Positions 10,627 to 20,056 of a DNA stretch of 64,000 nt are shown here, piece by piece. How positions within the stretch are numbered: the stretch's first letter is position 1; the number at the start of each line of letters is the position of its first letter. The stretch lies in the NCBI GenBank assembly GCA_964651815.1, contig CAZYWG010000002.1:28522-92521 (forward strand). Reading direction: 5' to 3'. The translations under genes were made by a program, and so were the position numbers. Origin of the DNA: an uncultured Gammaproteobacteria bacterium. Lineage in GTDB: Bacteria; Patescibacteriota; Microgenomatia; Levybacterales; GWA1-39-11. The notes below the pieces were generated by a model. That model saw only the letters and a list, made by a program, of their open reading frames with translations. It ran no database searches and was not told the DNA's origin.

Positions 10627-10655
10627 TGACAAGCGGTAATGCTTTTGATAAATTA
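10627..10655 (+). promoter_or_regulatory. Sigma70-type promoter
   Basis: TTGACA-17 bp-TAAATT with TG extension. Confidence 0.55.
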
Positions 10656-10746
10656 TTAATAGTGAAGTTATTTATTTTTCAAGTTACATGTGACTGAACT
10701 CTGATTTAATCAGAGGGAGGTTGCCTTTTGAAAAGAAGTAATATAC

Positions 10747-10774
10747 TCCCTGCAATATTGCGGGGATTTTTTTT
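10747..10774 (+). terminator. Rho-independent terminator
   Basis: tccctgcaat/attgcgggga inverted repeat followed by a T8 tract. Confidence 0.75.
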
Positions 10775-10809
10775 GATCAGATCCGATTGTAAGTAGAATT
10801 TATATAATT

Positions 10810-11190
10810 ATGCGCCCTGAAAAAGTTAGAGCTGTAGAAAAATATATTGAGCAACATACTGATGTCATTGCTCTTCAAACTAATGCTATTTTGGCAATTA
10901 CCGATCAGCCTGATCTTATTAGAAGACGTGGAGCAAGACGGGACGGAGTGCAGTTTAGTTCAACACTATACAAACTCTCACTTTATATGAAAGGGATTTC
11001 CCCTGCGGATATTAAAAGGAACGTTGACAATGCAACCGCCTCTGCAAGTAGCAGAAAACCTGCAATGAATCTAATAAGAACCGCCTCAGCAATATGGCCT
11101 TTTGAATCTGGAGCTCGAACAATGGAAACAAGAGTACCGCATTTTTCCGGCGAGGTTGCTCTAGAACACCAAGTTGTTCGAAAGATTTAA
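10810..11190 (+). CDS. Hypothetical protein
   Basis: 126-aa ORF filling the gap, with ATGA-type convergent overlap onto the recJ stop region; no recognisable motif. Confidence 0.55.
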   Translation: MRPEKVRAVEKYIEQHTDVIALQTNAILAITDQPDLIRRRGARRDGVQFSSTLYKLSLYMKGISPADIKRNVDNATASASSRKPAMNLIRTASAIWPFESGARTMETRVPHFSGEVALEHQVVRKI

Positions 11191-12854
11191 GAATTTTTTA
11201 CGTCCCTCACTTTTAGTTGTATTTTTTCGTTTCCATTCCAATTGTCTTCGTCAATTATGTAAGCGATGTTGATATTGTCGCCTACTTTTACTTCCGGATA
11301 ATTTTCTGCACTAAATAAAATTGCATCTAGTACTTTTTTACCTTGAGACAACTTAAGCTTTAAATGTTTTCTATCACGTCCCACAAATGCTAGGTTCTCG
11401 ACTGTAGCTCCATTCGTTACAAAAACCGGCTCAAAATTTCCCATTCCAAACGGCGAAAGACCTTGAATTGCTTGATACAGATTAAAATTAATGTTCGCAA
11501 ACGAAAGTTCCATATCAACGGTTAGGGATCTTGTGAGGATTTCTTCTGGAATAAGCCTTACAGAAGCCTCTGCAAGCGCAATTTTGAGCTCTTCTATCCT
11601 ATTTGTCTCAACAGTAAAACCTGCTGCCATTGGATGTCCACCTACATCCACTAAAAGGGCTTCGTGTAGTCTTAGGAATTCAATAATATTAAATCCCGCA
11701 ATAGAACGCGCAGACCCTTTGGAATATTTCTCACCAATAGATACAGCAACGGCCGGCTTATAATGTTTTTCGACAAGACGCGATGCAACAAGCCCAATTA
11801 CCCCTTGGTTATAATTTTCACTACCTACAAAAATAAATTTTTGCTCTGCAGTTATTTTGTCTGTTAATTCATTGGCATGCAGGGTTGCTTCTTGAGTAAA
11901 AGCCTGGCGGTCGCGATTTGTAGCAGAAAGTTCATTTGCCAGTTTTGCGGCTCTTGCCGAATCTTTAGTACAAATAAGACGGAGCGAGTCTAGTGCGTGA
12001 GTTATTCTGCCTGAGGCATTTAGCCGTGGGGCAATTATATGTCCAATCTCATACGTACTTATTTTGTCCTTATGAATCTGTGCTTCCTTATATAATGCCA
12101 GTAAACCCGGTCTTTTTGTCTTCTTTAAAGCTTCAATGCCAAATTTAACGACTGCCCTATTTGGCCCAATAAGTGGCACGAGGTCAGCAACGGTAGCAAG
12201 CGCCACAAGCTCGAGATAATTCTGATTTATGAATTCTGAATTATGAATTAAGGCAATTTCTTTAGAAAGTAAATACGCTACTCCTGCTCCGCATAACTTT
12301 GTTGTGTGAACTATTGAATGTGCTTTCGGTTTTTTGTCAGAGGCAACATGGTGATCCGTAATAATAACATCTATCGCTTTTTCTTTTGCATATTCTACTG
12401 CCTTATTTGCAACAATTCCATTATCAACTGTAATTATAAGCTTTACGTCAGGGTGCTCGTTCAAAACACTCTCAATTCCATTGACAGACAAACCATATCC
12501 CTCATCAACTCTATGAGGTATATGTGGCATCACGTTTTTATGAATCTCGAACAATCCTTCCCAGAGAATTGCAGTACCGCAAATACCATCAACGTCATAG
12601 TCCCCAAAGATTATTATTTTTTCATTATTTTTTATAGCTTGCTCAACTCTTTTTAAAGTTTTATCTACTTCTTTCCTATCTATCCCAGCATTTTCAAAAT
12701 TTATGGATTCGAGTTTCGGGTTTAAAAATTCCTCTTTTTCTTTTTTAGTTTTAATCCCGCGGTTCTCAAGCAGAATATTTACGATTTCATCCACCCCGTA
12801 TTCTGTTTTCTTGCTGATGTCTTCAATAATTATTTTCCATTTCGCTCCTTTCAT
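11187..12854 (-). CDS. recJ: ssDNA-specific exonuclease RecJ
   Basis: GDYDVDG, ITVDNG, TDHH, PRLNA.GR, GSARS, GGHPMAAG. Confidence 0.96.
   Translation of the reverse strand: MKGAKWKIIIEDISKKTEYGVDEIVNILLENRGIKTKKEKEEFLNPKLESINFENAGIDRKEVDKTLKRVEQAIKNNEKIIIFGDYDVDGICGTAILWEGLFEIHKNVMPHIPHRVDEGYGLSVNGIESVLNEHPDVKLIITVDNGIVANKAVEYAKEKAIDVIITDHHVASDKKPKAHSIVHTTKLCGAGVAYLLSKEIALIHNSEFINQNYLELVALATVADLVPLIGPNRAVVKFGIEALKKTKRPGLLALYKEAQIHKDKISTYEIGHIIAPRLNASGRITHALDSLRLICTKDSARAAKLANELSATNRDRQAFTQEATLHANELTDKITAEQKFIFVGSENYNQGVIGLVASRLVEKHYKPAVAVSIGEKYSKGSARSIAGFNIIEFLRLHEALLVDVGGHPMAAGFTVETNRIEELKIALAEASVRLIPEEILTRSLTVDMELSFANINFNLYQAIQGLSPFGMGNFEPVFVTNGATVENLAFVGRDRKHLKLKLSQGKKVLDAILFSAENYPEVKVGDNINIAYIIDEDNWNGNEKIQLKVRDVKNS
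12216..12250. repeat. Tandem 7-mers (TGAATTM-like) inside recJ
   Basis: ataattc tgattta tgaattc tgaatta tgaatta, encoding LIHNSEFINQN on the minus strand. Confidence 0.7.
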
Positions 12855-12873
12855 CGTGATATAATTCTAACAT

Positions 12874-14259
12874 ATGGAGAAAGTCGTGCCTTCTAAGGTT
12901 TTATCAATTTATCAACAACTCCAGTCCGCCGGTTATCAAGCTTTCTTTGTTGGAGGATGCGTAAGAAATTATCTGATGGACATGCCAATTAAAGACTGGG
13001 ACATGACAACTAACGCAACACCTGAACAAATCCAAAAGGTTTTCCCGAATTCATTTTACGATAATCGCTTCGGAACAGTTGGAGTTATTTTTAAAGAAAA
13101 TGATGAAGAAAATCAGGATAAAAATTTTGTTGAAATAACAACGTTTAGAACAGAAAGTGGATATGGAAATTTACGTCACCCGGAAAAAGTGGAATGGGGG
13201 AAAACAATTGAAGAAGATTTGTCACGTCGCGATTTTACAATGAACGCAATCGCAGGAAATCTCGAACCAAAAAATACAGACCTCGAATCACCAACCAGCT
13301 TTATCGATCCTTACGACGGACAAAAAGACATTGAAAAAAAAATAATATGTACTGTTGGAGATCCTGATGAAAGATTTGGTGAAGATGCATTGAGACTTCT
13401 CAGGGCAATTCGTTTTGCAACCCAGCTAGGTTTTAATATTGATGAACCAACATGGAAATCTGTAGTCAAAAATGCTTCACTCATTACCAAAATTTCCGGG
13501 GAAAGAATAAGAGATGAACTTTTGAAAATTTTAGAAAGCCCAAATGCTTATGACGGAATCAAACTTCTTGACGCGGCAGGAATGCTAGATTTAATTTTTC
13601 CGGAGCTTGCCGCAGGGAAGGGAGTTTCACAAGTCCGTCCTGGCCGTCATCATACAAGTGACGTTTTTACACATAATATTGAATCGCTCAGACATACTCC
13701 GTCAACCGACCCGATAGTCAGGTTGGCAACTTTACTTCACGATGTTGGAAAACCATATGTTAAAAACGAAGATGCGGAAGGACATGTAATTTTTTACAAT
13801 CATGAAGTAAAAGGGGCTAGCGTTGCTTATGAAATTTGTGACCGCTTAAGACTTTCAAAAGCGCAAAGACAAAAAATAGTAAAGCTTATCCGGTGGCATA
13901 TGTTTACGGTGGACGAAAATATAACGGATTCGGCAGTCCGCCGATTTATTAGAAAAGTTGGGCTTGAAAATGTTGCGGATATGATGGATTTACGGATTGG
14001 TGACAGACTTGGAGGTGGTACGCAGGTTGCGGAAAGTTGGAGACTCAAACTTTTTAAAGACCGCGTTGCAACAGAACTTAATCCCCCATTTTCAATTAAT
14101 GACATGGCAATAGATGGCAACGACATTATGAAAGAGCTAAAAATTGAGCCGGGCCCAAAGATTGGTGAAATCCTTAAAAAGTTATTCGAGGAAGTAGATG
14201 AAAACCTAGAACTCAATACACGCGAACATTTACTTAAGCGGATAAAAGAATTACAATAA
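12874..14259 (+). CDS. cca: CCA tRNA nucleotidyltransferase / poly(A) polymerase family with HD domain
   Basis: VGGCVR, DWD, RRDFTMNA, EDALRLLRA.RF, LLHDVGKP. Confidence 0.9.
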   Translation: MEKVVPSKVLSIYQQLQSAGYQAFFVGGCVRNYLMDMPIKDWDMTTNATPEQIQKVFPNSFYDNRFGTVGVIFKENDEENQDKNFVEITTFRTESGYGNLRHPEKVEWGKTIEEDLSRRDFTMNAIAGNLEPKNTDLESPTSFIDPYDGQKDIEKKIICTVGDPDERFGEDALRLLRAIRFATQLGFNIDEPTWKSVVKNASLITKISGERIRDELLKILESPNAYDGIKLLDAAGMLDLIFPELAAGKGVSQVRPGRHHTSDVFTHNIESLRHTPSTDPIVRLATLLHDVGKPYVKNEDAEGHVIFYNHEVKGASVAYEICDRLRLSKAQRQKIVKLIRWHMFTVDENITDSAVRRFIRKVGLENVADMMDLRIGDRLGGGTQVAESWRLKLFKDRVATELNPPFSINDMAIDGNDIMKELKIEPGPKIGEILKKLFEEVDENLELNTREHLLKRIKELQ

Positions 14260-14263
14260 GCTT

Positions 14264-14719
14264 ATGGCACTAAAACAAAAAATTCAGGACGATTTAAAAA
14301 CCGCAATGCTAGCGCAGGACGCAGAAAAACTTTCCACAGTCAGAATGCTCAAGTCTGCTATTCAGTATTATGAAATTCAAAAGGGAGGCGCTGGATATGA
14401 AGCAACTGATGAAGATGTAATAACTATTCTTGGGCGGGAAATTAAAGCAAGAAAAGATTCAATTGATCTATATAAAAAAGGTGGACGGAAAGAGCTTGCT
14501 GAAAAAGAACAAAAAGAAATTGAAATTCTTGAAAAATATTTACCTGAACAAATGTCGGAATCAGAAGTAAAACAATTGGTAAAAGAAGCCGTTGGACAAA
14601 CGGACGCAAAAGGCTTTCAAGATATGGGAAAAGTGATGGCGTACCTCATGCCAAAAGTTAAAGGAAAAGCCGACGGTACCCTTGTTTCAAATCTCGTCAA
14701 AGAAGAACTCTCAAAATAA
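14264..14719 (+). CDS. GatB/YqeY domain protein
   Basis: DLKTAM, YLPEQMS, DMGKVM, GKADG. Confidence 0.92.
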   Translation: MALKQKIQDDLKTAMLAQDAEKLSTVRMLKSAIQYYEIQKGGAGYEATDEDVITILGREIKARKDSIDLYKKGGRKELAEKEQKEIEILEKYLPEQMSESEVKQLVKEAVGQTDAKGFQDMGKVMAYLMPKVKGKADGTLVSNLVKEELSK

Positions 14720-15619
14720 TTACTTACTTTTATTTTTCCTCTTTTTGTCAAATTCAAACCAGACAACCAGCAACTGAGAGGCATTGAAGATTGAAGAATA
14801 GGTTCCGGAAACTATTCCTGCAAGTAAAGCTACAACAAACCATCTGATTGATTCTCCACCAAAAAGTAATAATGCAAACAAAACGATTATAACTGTGAGC
14901 GATGTATTAAGTGAACGGTTTAATGTCTCGAGAAGTGAATTATTTACAACTTCTTCAAAAGGTAGGCTGTAATTTTTCTGTAAGTTTTCCCTGATTCTAT
15001 CAAATACTACAATTGTGTCATGGACTGAAAATCCCATAACAGTTAACAGTGCAGTGATAAATAGTGAATCGATTTCTATTCCAAATAACCATCCGAGGAT
15101 TGAGAAAATCCCAACTACAACCAAAATATCATGGAGCAATGCGGCAATTGCGCAAACCCCAAATTTCCAAGAAGCCACGGGTTTTGAAACTTTTCTGAAA
15201 GCAAATGCAATATATAAAGTTATGGCAATTGAAGCAATTAAAACGGCTTTCAAGGCATTTGATTCCGTCTCGGCACCAATTGTTGGACCAACCGTATCAA
15301 AGCTTTTTTCAACAACACTTGGGTATTCTCCTTTAAGGTTTGTGACTATTCTTGTTTTTGTTTTTTGATCAAGCGGGGCAGTTCTGACAGAGGCGTTTTG
15401 GCCGGTTAAAGTAATTGCTTCCACCTTTGCATGTTCGTTTGTAAATATTTTTTTTATAACTGCGTTATCAACTTGCTTTTTGTAGGAAAATTCAAGCCGA
15501 GAACCTCCGGTAAAATCAATTGACGGTTTTAATCCAAATAAAATAAGCGATATCAGACCCGGAATAATAACAATTCCCGAAAGCAAAAAATAAAGTTTTC
15601 TGTTTTTAACAATATTCAT
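14720..15619 (-). CDS. secF: Protein translocase subunit SecF
   Basis: IDFTGG, VGPTIG, HD, DTIVVFDRIRE, GTYSSIF. Confidence 0.96.
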   Translation of the reverse strand: MNIVKNRKLYFLLSGIVIIPGLISLILFGLKPSIDFTGGSRLEFSYKKQVDNAVIKKIFTNEHAKVEAITLTGQNASVRTAPLDQKTKTRIVTNLKGEYPSVVEKSFDTVGPTIGAETESNALKAVLIASIAITLYIAFAFRKVSKPVASWKFGVCAIAALLHDILVVVGIFSILGWLFGIEIDSLFITALLTVMGFSVHDTIVVFDRIRENLQKNYSLPFEEVVNNSLLETLNRSLNTSLTVIIVLFALLLFGGESIRWFVVALLAGIVSGTYSSIFNASQLLVVWFEFDKKRKNKSK

Positions 15620-15624
15620 ATTTT

Positions 15625-17001
15625 TTATTTGTGAACAGAGTCTTTTTCAAATACTCTCAATAAGTTTCGTGTGACAACTATTGCTGAAAACATAGATACG
15701 GCAATTCCAATGAAAAGCGCTATTGCAAAGCCCCTAATTATACCGGATCCAAAGTAGAATAATATAAATGTTGTAATAAGGCTTGAAATATTTGAGTCCC
15801 TAATTGATGGCCAAGCTCTTGAAAATCCGAGCCTTGTTGCAACCTGCGCGGGTTTGCCAAGACGCAATTCTTCACGCATTCTTTCAAAAATTAAAATGTT
15901 GGCATCAACCGCCATTCCAATTGATAAAATAAAACCTGCAATTCCCGCCAAAGTTAGTGTTATCGGGACCACTTTGAAAATAAATATAACTATAATTGTA
16001 TAGATAACGAGAGCAACTGATGCAAGAATACCTTCTTTTTTATAAAGATATATCATAAATGCAGCGACCGATATAAACCCTACAATTCCACCAAGCAAAC
16101 TCTTTTTGAGGGATTCTATTCCTAAGGACGGACCAACAGTTGACTCACCAATTAGTTTTAGAGGCGCGGGTAAAGCTCCCGAATTAAGCTGTATTTGAAG
16201 GTTTTTTGCCTGGTCCTGAGTAAAATTACCAGAAATTACAGCGTTACCATTTAGAATTGGCTGCTGAACAACAGGTGCTGAGATTGCAACGTTATCCAAA
16301 ACTATCGCGACCTGTTTTCCCACGTTTCTTTGGGTAATATCTGCAAAATAGCGTGTACCTGTGGACGAGAAATTAAGCTGGACTTGTGGGGTACCGTTTC
16401 CCGTATTGCCGTATACAACTTGCGCGCTTTTCAAATCTTTTCCTGTGAGTTTTGATGCAATGGGGCGGTTTTTATAAATATTTGTAAGTCCTACCGGTAA
16501 TAGATAGGCGTCTGCTGTTGCTATCTTTTGATTCCCTTCTTCCCAGAATGAAAGCTGGGCAGTTCTTCCGATTAAATCAAGTGCTTGGTCAATTTGCGTT
16601 GCACCCGGAAGCTCGACAATTATCCTATAATCCGTTCCGAGTTTTAAAGACTGAATTGTTGGCTCGGTTACCCCAAAAAAATTGACACGTCTGTCAATTA
16701 CATTTCTTGCACCGGCAAATGCGTCATCCCGTTGTGAAGCGGGTATCCCCTTCATATCCACTTGATATGTAAGACTGGTACCACCTTGCAGATCAAGACC
16801 AAGTCTGTAAGAAAGGTCCCTCTGGAAATTAATTGGACCAACTTTAACGTTAAGCCGTGAAGTATCAAGGTTAAAACTAAAAGTTTTATTAATAACTGGA
16901 ACTTTAATTTTTCCAAAATTTAGTGGAAAAGGAATATCAACAAAAAAGAGTATCAAAGCAACAAAAAAAAGAACAAAGAGAAAATTTCTGGGGGTTTTCA
17001 T
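15625..17001 (-). CDS. secD: Protein translocase subunit SecD
   Basis: LGLDLQGG, SGALP, VGPSLG, GMAVDANILIFER. Confidence 0.96.
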   Translation of the reverse strand: MKTPRNFLFVLFFVALILFFVDIPFPLNFGKIKVPVINKTFSFNLDTSRLNVKVGPINFQRDLSYRLGLDLQGGTSLTYQVDMKGIPASQRDDAFAGARNVIDRRVNFFGVTEPTIQSLKLGTDYRIIVELPGATQIDQALDLIGRTAQLSFWEEGNQKIATADAYLLPVGLTNIYKNRPIASKLTGKDLKSAQVVYGNTGNGTPQVQLNFSSTGTRYFADITQRNVGKQVAIVLDNVAISAPVVQQPILNGNAVISGNFTQDQAKNLQIQLNSGALPAPLKLIGESTVGPSLGIESLKKSLLGGIVGFISVAAFMIYLYKKEGILASVALVIYTIIVIFIFKVVPITLTLAGIAGFILSIGMAVDANILIFERMREELRLGKPAQVATRLGFSRAWPSIRDSNISSLITTFILFYFGSGIIRGFAIALFIGIAVSMFSAIVVTRNLLRVFEKDSVHK

Positions 17002-17002
17002 A

Positions 17003-17578
17003 TTAAGAAATTAAGGCCTCTTCGTCTCCTATCAACATTACGCGGGAACCGTAAATTATTGAGGTTATAAATGGATCCCTACGCTTTTTCCTGAAAACAA
17101 ATTCTTCCTCAGTCATAACAGTATAATTTATTTCGTGTTTTCTTTTTGCTTCTTCCGCGCGGACTACAACAGAAAGCTCAGGGACGACAATTGTGCCAAC
17201 AAGAAGCAGATCTACTTCTTCAGGATTATCGCGAAGACCCCGTGCAAATTTTCCTGACAACATTGCAAATTTTATTTTACCGAGCTTTATGCGGTTTTTA
17301 ATAATGTCAGCACCTATTCCAATAGTTTTTGCGTAGACATTAAGTAAGTCAAAATAAAAAGGGTATGATTTGTCTAAATAGTAATAAACTCGATTGACAC
17401 GGGGTTCACGTTTTAATATTCCATTTTTCTCAAGATATATAAGCTCACGGCGGACAGCATTTATTTCTTCCTCTACTCGGCGCACCACCTCTCTGACATG
17501 AAACATTTCGGATGGAAACTCCAAAAATAGGGAAAGCACTTTGACCCGAGTTTTAGACGTAATTAAATCGGAAAACAT
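17003..17578 (-). CDS. Winged-helix + degenerate nucleotidyltransferase-domain protein
   Basis: SKTRVKVL...HVRE..R..EEINAVRREL wHTH; LSGKF...VDLLLVG...EINYTVM MNT-like part. Confidence 0.7.
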   Translation of the reverse strand: MFSDLITSKTRVKVLSLFLEFPSEMFHVREVVRRVEEEINAVRRELIYLEKNGILKREPRVNRVYYYLDKSYPFYFDLLNVYAKTIGIGADIIKNRIKLGKIKFAMLSGKFARGLRDNPEEVDLLLVGTIVVPELSVVVRAEEAKRKHEINYTVMTEEEFVFRKKRRDPFITSIIYGSRVMLIGDEEALIS

Positions 17579-17627
17579 AAAAAATTTACTCGTTTGATTT
17601 TCTGGATCAATTATAAACCAAGAGGCC

Positions 17628-18809
17628 CTATTTGACAATAACCGGAGCAGCTATCCCTAAAACATCAAACCATATGAGTCCGCGATCAAATTTTACCTGC
17701 TGTCCATTATTATCTTTAATCATCAATCTTGCTGTTCTGCTCTTTTTGCTCCATGTGCCCACTGTTTCTTGCCCATCCATAAATATCTCTGCCTTACCCG
17801 TACCTTTGGTGCCATAAAGCATGTGTTCATTATCTGTATAACCGTCATTCGCGTGGGATTCATTCATGAAAAGAATCACCACATTTTTTGCTGCTAGCTG
17901 CTTCCCCGTATCTTTATCTAGATGAGCATTGCCACCATTTGTTCTTTTATAAGTATTTGTAATTGGATCATAATTCCATTTCACAGAATAATCTGTGTAG
18001 CCTCCCGAAAAATTAAAGCTTATTACTTGAGATTTCGATCGAGAAGAGGCTTGCGCGTCATCTTTAAATATATATGGAACAAAATTTGCATCCCATGAAG
18101 CCCCATCCTTATCAACATTTGTTAGCTTTCTGCTTTTACCCACGTCCCAAAGCTTACTCGTTGTTGAATACATTGTGTGTTCTGTGGCAACTGTGTGACC
18201 AAGTCTTTCATAATCTCTCCAATAAGTTGGAAAACCTATAGAAAATTGATTTAAATCATTGTATCCGGTCCATCCATAGCCATCAATTTGTCCCAATGCG
18301 TCAGCGGGCCCCGAGGTATTCGCTCCACCTACGTGGGCATAAAGCGGGTTATCTGCGTATTCTGAAATGAAGTCCAAGAAATATGTTCGGGCAGAACGCA
18401 CCGGCCCAACAATCCCTGCGTCTTGGCAGTAGAATACAACTAGAAATCGAGTAATCCCACCTTCCGCAACTGCTTCATAAACAACATCTGCTGATGAAAT
18501 ACCTGACTGGGGACGCGCGTCAAGCGAATTTTCTATCATGACGCCAAGAGGACGATGCTGTTTCCACCATGATTCTTGTTGAGTTGAATATTTTACACCA
18601 TTCAGAGGACATGGTTGTGTTTTTGGAAGTTTGGGATCAAATCCAACTTGCTGGTTTGACCCTGATGAAGGTAACGCAACCGGCGTAACCGTTTGGTTTG
18701 TGCCAATCATTGAACCTCCGGAAAATTTAGTGAATGCAAAGTACGAAACAGCTGCCGCAACTATATATATTACAATTCCAATAATTAAATTTTTCTGTTT
18801 TTGGTCCAT
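17628..18809 (-). CDS. DUF3048 (YerB-like) surface protein
   Basis: RPLGVMIEN..ARPQSG..ADVVYE..EGGITRF, GPVRSAR. Confidence 0.85.
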   Translation of the reverse strand: MDQKQKNLIIGIVIYIVAAAVSYFAFTKFSGGSMIGTNQTVTPVALPSSGSNQQVGFDPKLPKTQPCPLNGVKYSTQQESWWKQHRPLGVMIENSLDARPQSGISSADVVYEAVAEGGITRFLVVFYCQDAGIVGPVRSARTYFLDFISEYADNPLYAHVGGANTSGPADALGQIDGYGWTGYNDLNQFSIGFPTYWRDYERLGHTVATEHTMYSTTSKLWDVGKSRKLTNVDKDGASWDANFVPYIFKDDAQASSRSKSQVISFNFSGGYTDYSVKWNYDPITNTYKRTNGGNAHLDKDTGKQLAAKNVVILFMNESHANDGYTDNEHMLYGTKGTGKAEIFMDGQETVGTWSKKSRTARLMIKDNNGQQVKFDRGLIWFDVLGIAAPVIVK

Positions 18810-18812
18810 AGA

Positions 18813-19286
18813 TTAAACGGTTTGGGACAAATTTTTTGCACCTTTCAAAGCTTTTTTCTCGTCTTCTGAAAGATCATATTCTACCCCTTTCCCTGCAACA
18901 ACACCTTTTGCGTACCAACGCGTTCCAGTCCTTGTGTGAAGACTTGAAATTACTACTCCTGTGTCTTCAGCATCTACTAGAGCTAAAATAAAACTCTGAT
19001 CTCCCCCGGTCTCTTTAAAAGGGTTAAACCTAACAAGTCCTATTTTTTGGATATGCGAGGCGCTATCCTTTTTTAGTTTATCATATTCAAGTATCAGATG
19101 GTCAACTGCCTTTTTGTTATTTGCTTCACGAGACAAAACGTCCTCAAGCAGTGAGGTCAATGACTCTTTTTTTCCATTCTGTAAAAGCTTTGAATGATAG
19201 ACATACAACTTAAAAAAGAAGAAAGACAAAACTGATAGCCATAGAAAGTAAAGAGCGAAAATTACAAAATTGGGAGTCAAATTCAT
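18813..19286 (-). CDS. DUF4446 family protein
   Basis: N-terminal TM; IQKIGLVRFNPF..GGDQSF..R.YAK. Confidence 0.85.
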   Translation of the reverse strand: MNLTPNFVIFALYFLWLSVLSFFFFKLYVYHSKLLQNGKKESLTSLLEDVLSREANNKKAVDHLILEYDKLKKDSASHIQKIGLVRFNPFKETGGDQSFILALVDAEDTGVVISSLHTRTGTRWYAKGVVAGKGVEYDLSEDEKKALKGAKNLSQTV

Positions 19287-19525
19287 AGGATTCTACCATT
19301 TTAGCCTGTCTAAACGAGTACTGTCAACCCCGATTTAGCCGGGGCCAAGAAATTCTATTTATCCTATTAACTCAGTCTAAAGCGTTTTTCGTAAATTGTC
19401 TTAGCTTCGATTCCCTCTTGACAGGCACGTGATGAATGTGGTACTTTTTCACTCATCGGCTATTTACGCACGAATATAAATATCTTTAGCCTAACTTTTT
19501 ATTTTTTAAAAAGGCTAAAAACATT

Positions 19526-19810
19526 ATGAGCAAGAAAAGAAAGACAAGAAAGGAAAAAATGCTCGCCGCGACACGCCACGATTTTACGAATGTTTTGAGT
19601 TTGCCAAAAGTTCAAGACATAACCGCGTCTATTGTAGAGTCCGGTGAAAAAGTACAAAAACAGATTTACGTAAAATCAAATAATTATTCTTATGTAGCAA
19701 TTGATGTTCGTAAAACTTTATTTATAACACTGACACTTGTTGTTCTTGATATAGTCCTGTTTTCAATTTTGAAGTTAAAACTTATTAGTTTTTCAGGAAT
19801 TGTTTTTTAA
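19526..19810 (+). CDS. Hypothetical protein with basic N-terminus and C-terminal TM
   Basis: 94-aa ORF downstream of a TTGACA...TGgTACTTT promoter-like sequence (19418-19447). Confidence 0.65.
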   Translation: MSKKRKTRKEKMLAATRHDFTNVLSLPKVQDITASIVESGEKVQKQIYVKSNNYSYVAIDVRKTLFITLTLVVLDIVLFSILKLKLISFSGIVF

Positions 19811-19835
19811 TTCTGAAAGGGGGTGAACAAAACTT

Positions 19836-19979
19836 ATGGCAAGCATGTATTGTGTAAAATGTCGCGCAAAGAGAGAAGATCCAGCAGCAGTAAAGGTAAC
19901 CATGAAAAATGGAAAACCAGCTATGAAAGGAAAATGCCCAGTTTGTGGAACAGCAATGTTCAAAATTGGAGCAGCATAA
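19836..19979 (+). CDS. DUF5679-type small Zn-ribbon protein (47 aa; not in ORF track)
   Basis: MASMYCVKCRAKREDPAAVKVTMKNGKPAMKGKCPVCGTAMFKIGAA; strong SD-like GAAAGGGGGTGA upstream. Confidence 0.9.
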   Translation: MASMYCVKCRAKREDPAAVKVTMKNGKPAMKGKCPVCGTAMFKIGAA

Positions 19980-20008
19980 TTTCTCTTTTGCAAATTTGCA
20001 AATAGATT

Positions 20009-20056
20009 AAAAACCCGATTCGAAACGTCTTTAAAAGAGTTCCTTATCGGGTTTTT
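20009..20056. terminator. Probable bidirectional terminator
   Basis: AAAAACCCGAT ... ATCGGGTTTTT inverted repeat between convergent genes. Confidence 0.6.

Noticed and set aside
19793-20005. ORFs 19793-19993(-) and 19823-20005(+)
   Set aside because: The 19836-19979 frame has the SD and the CxxC family signature; these are alternative frames.
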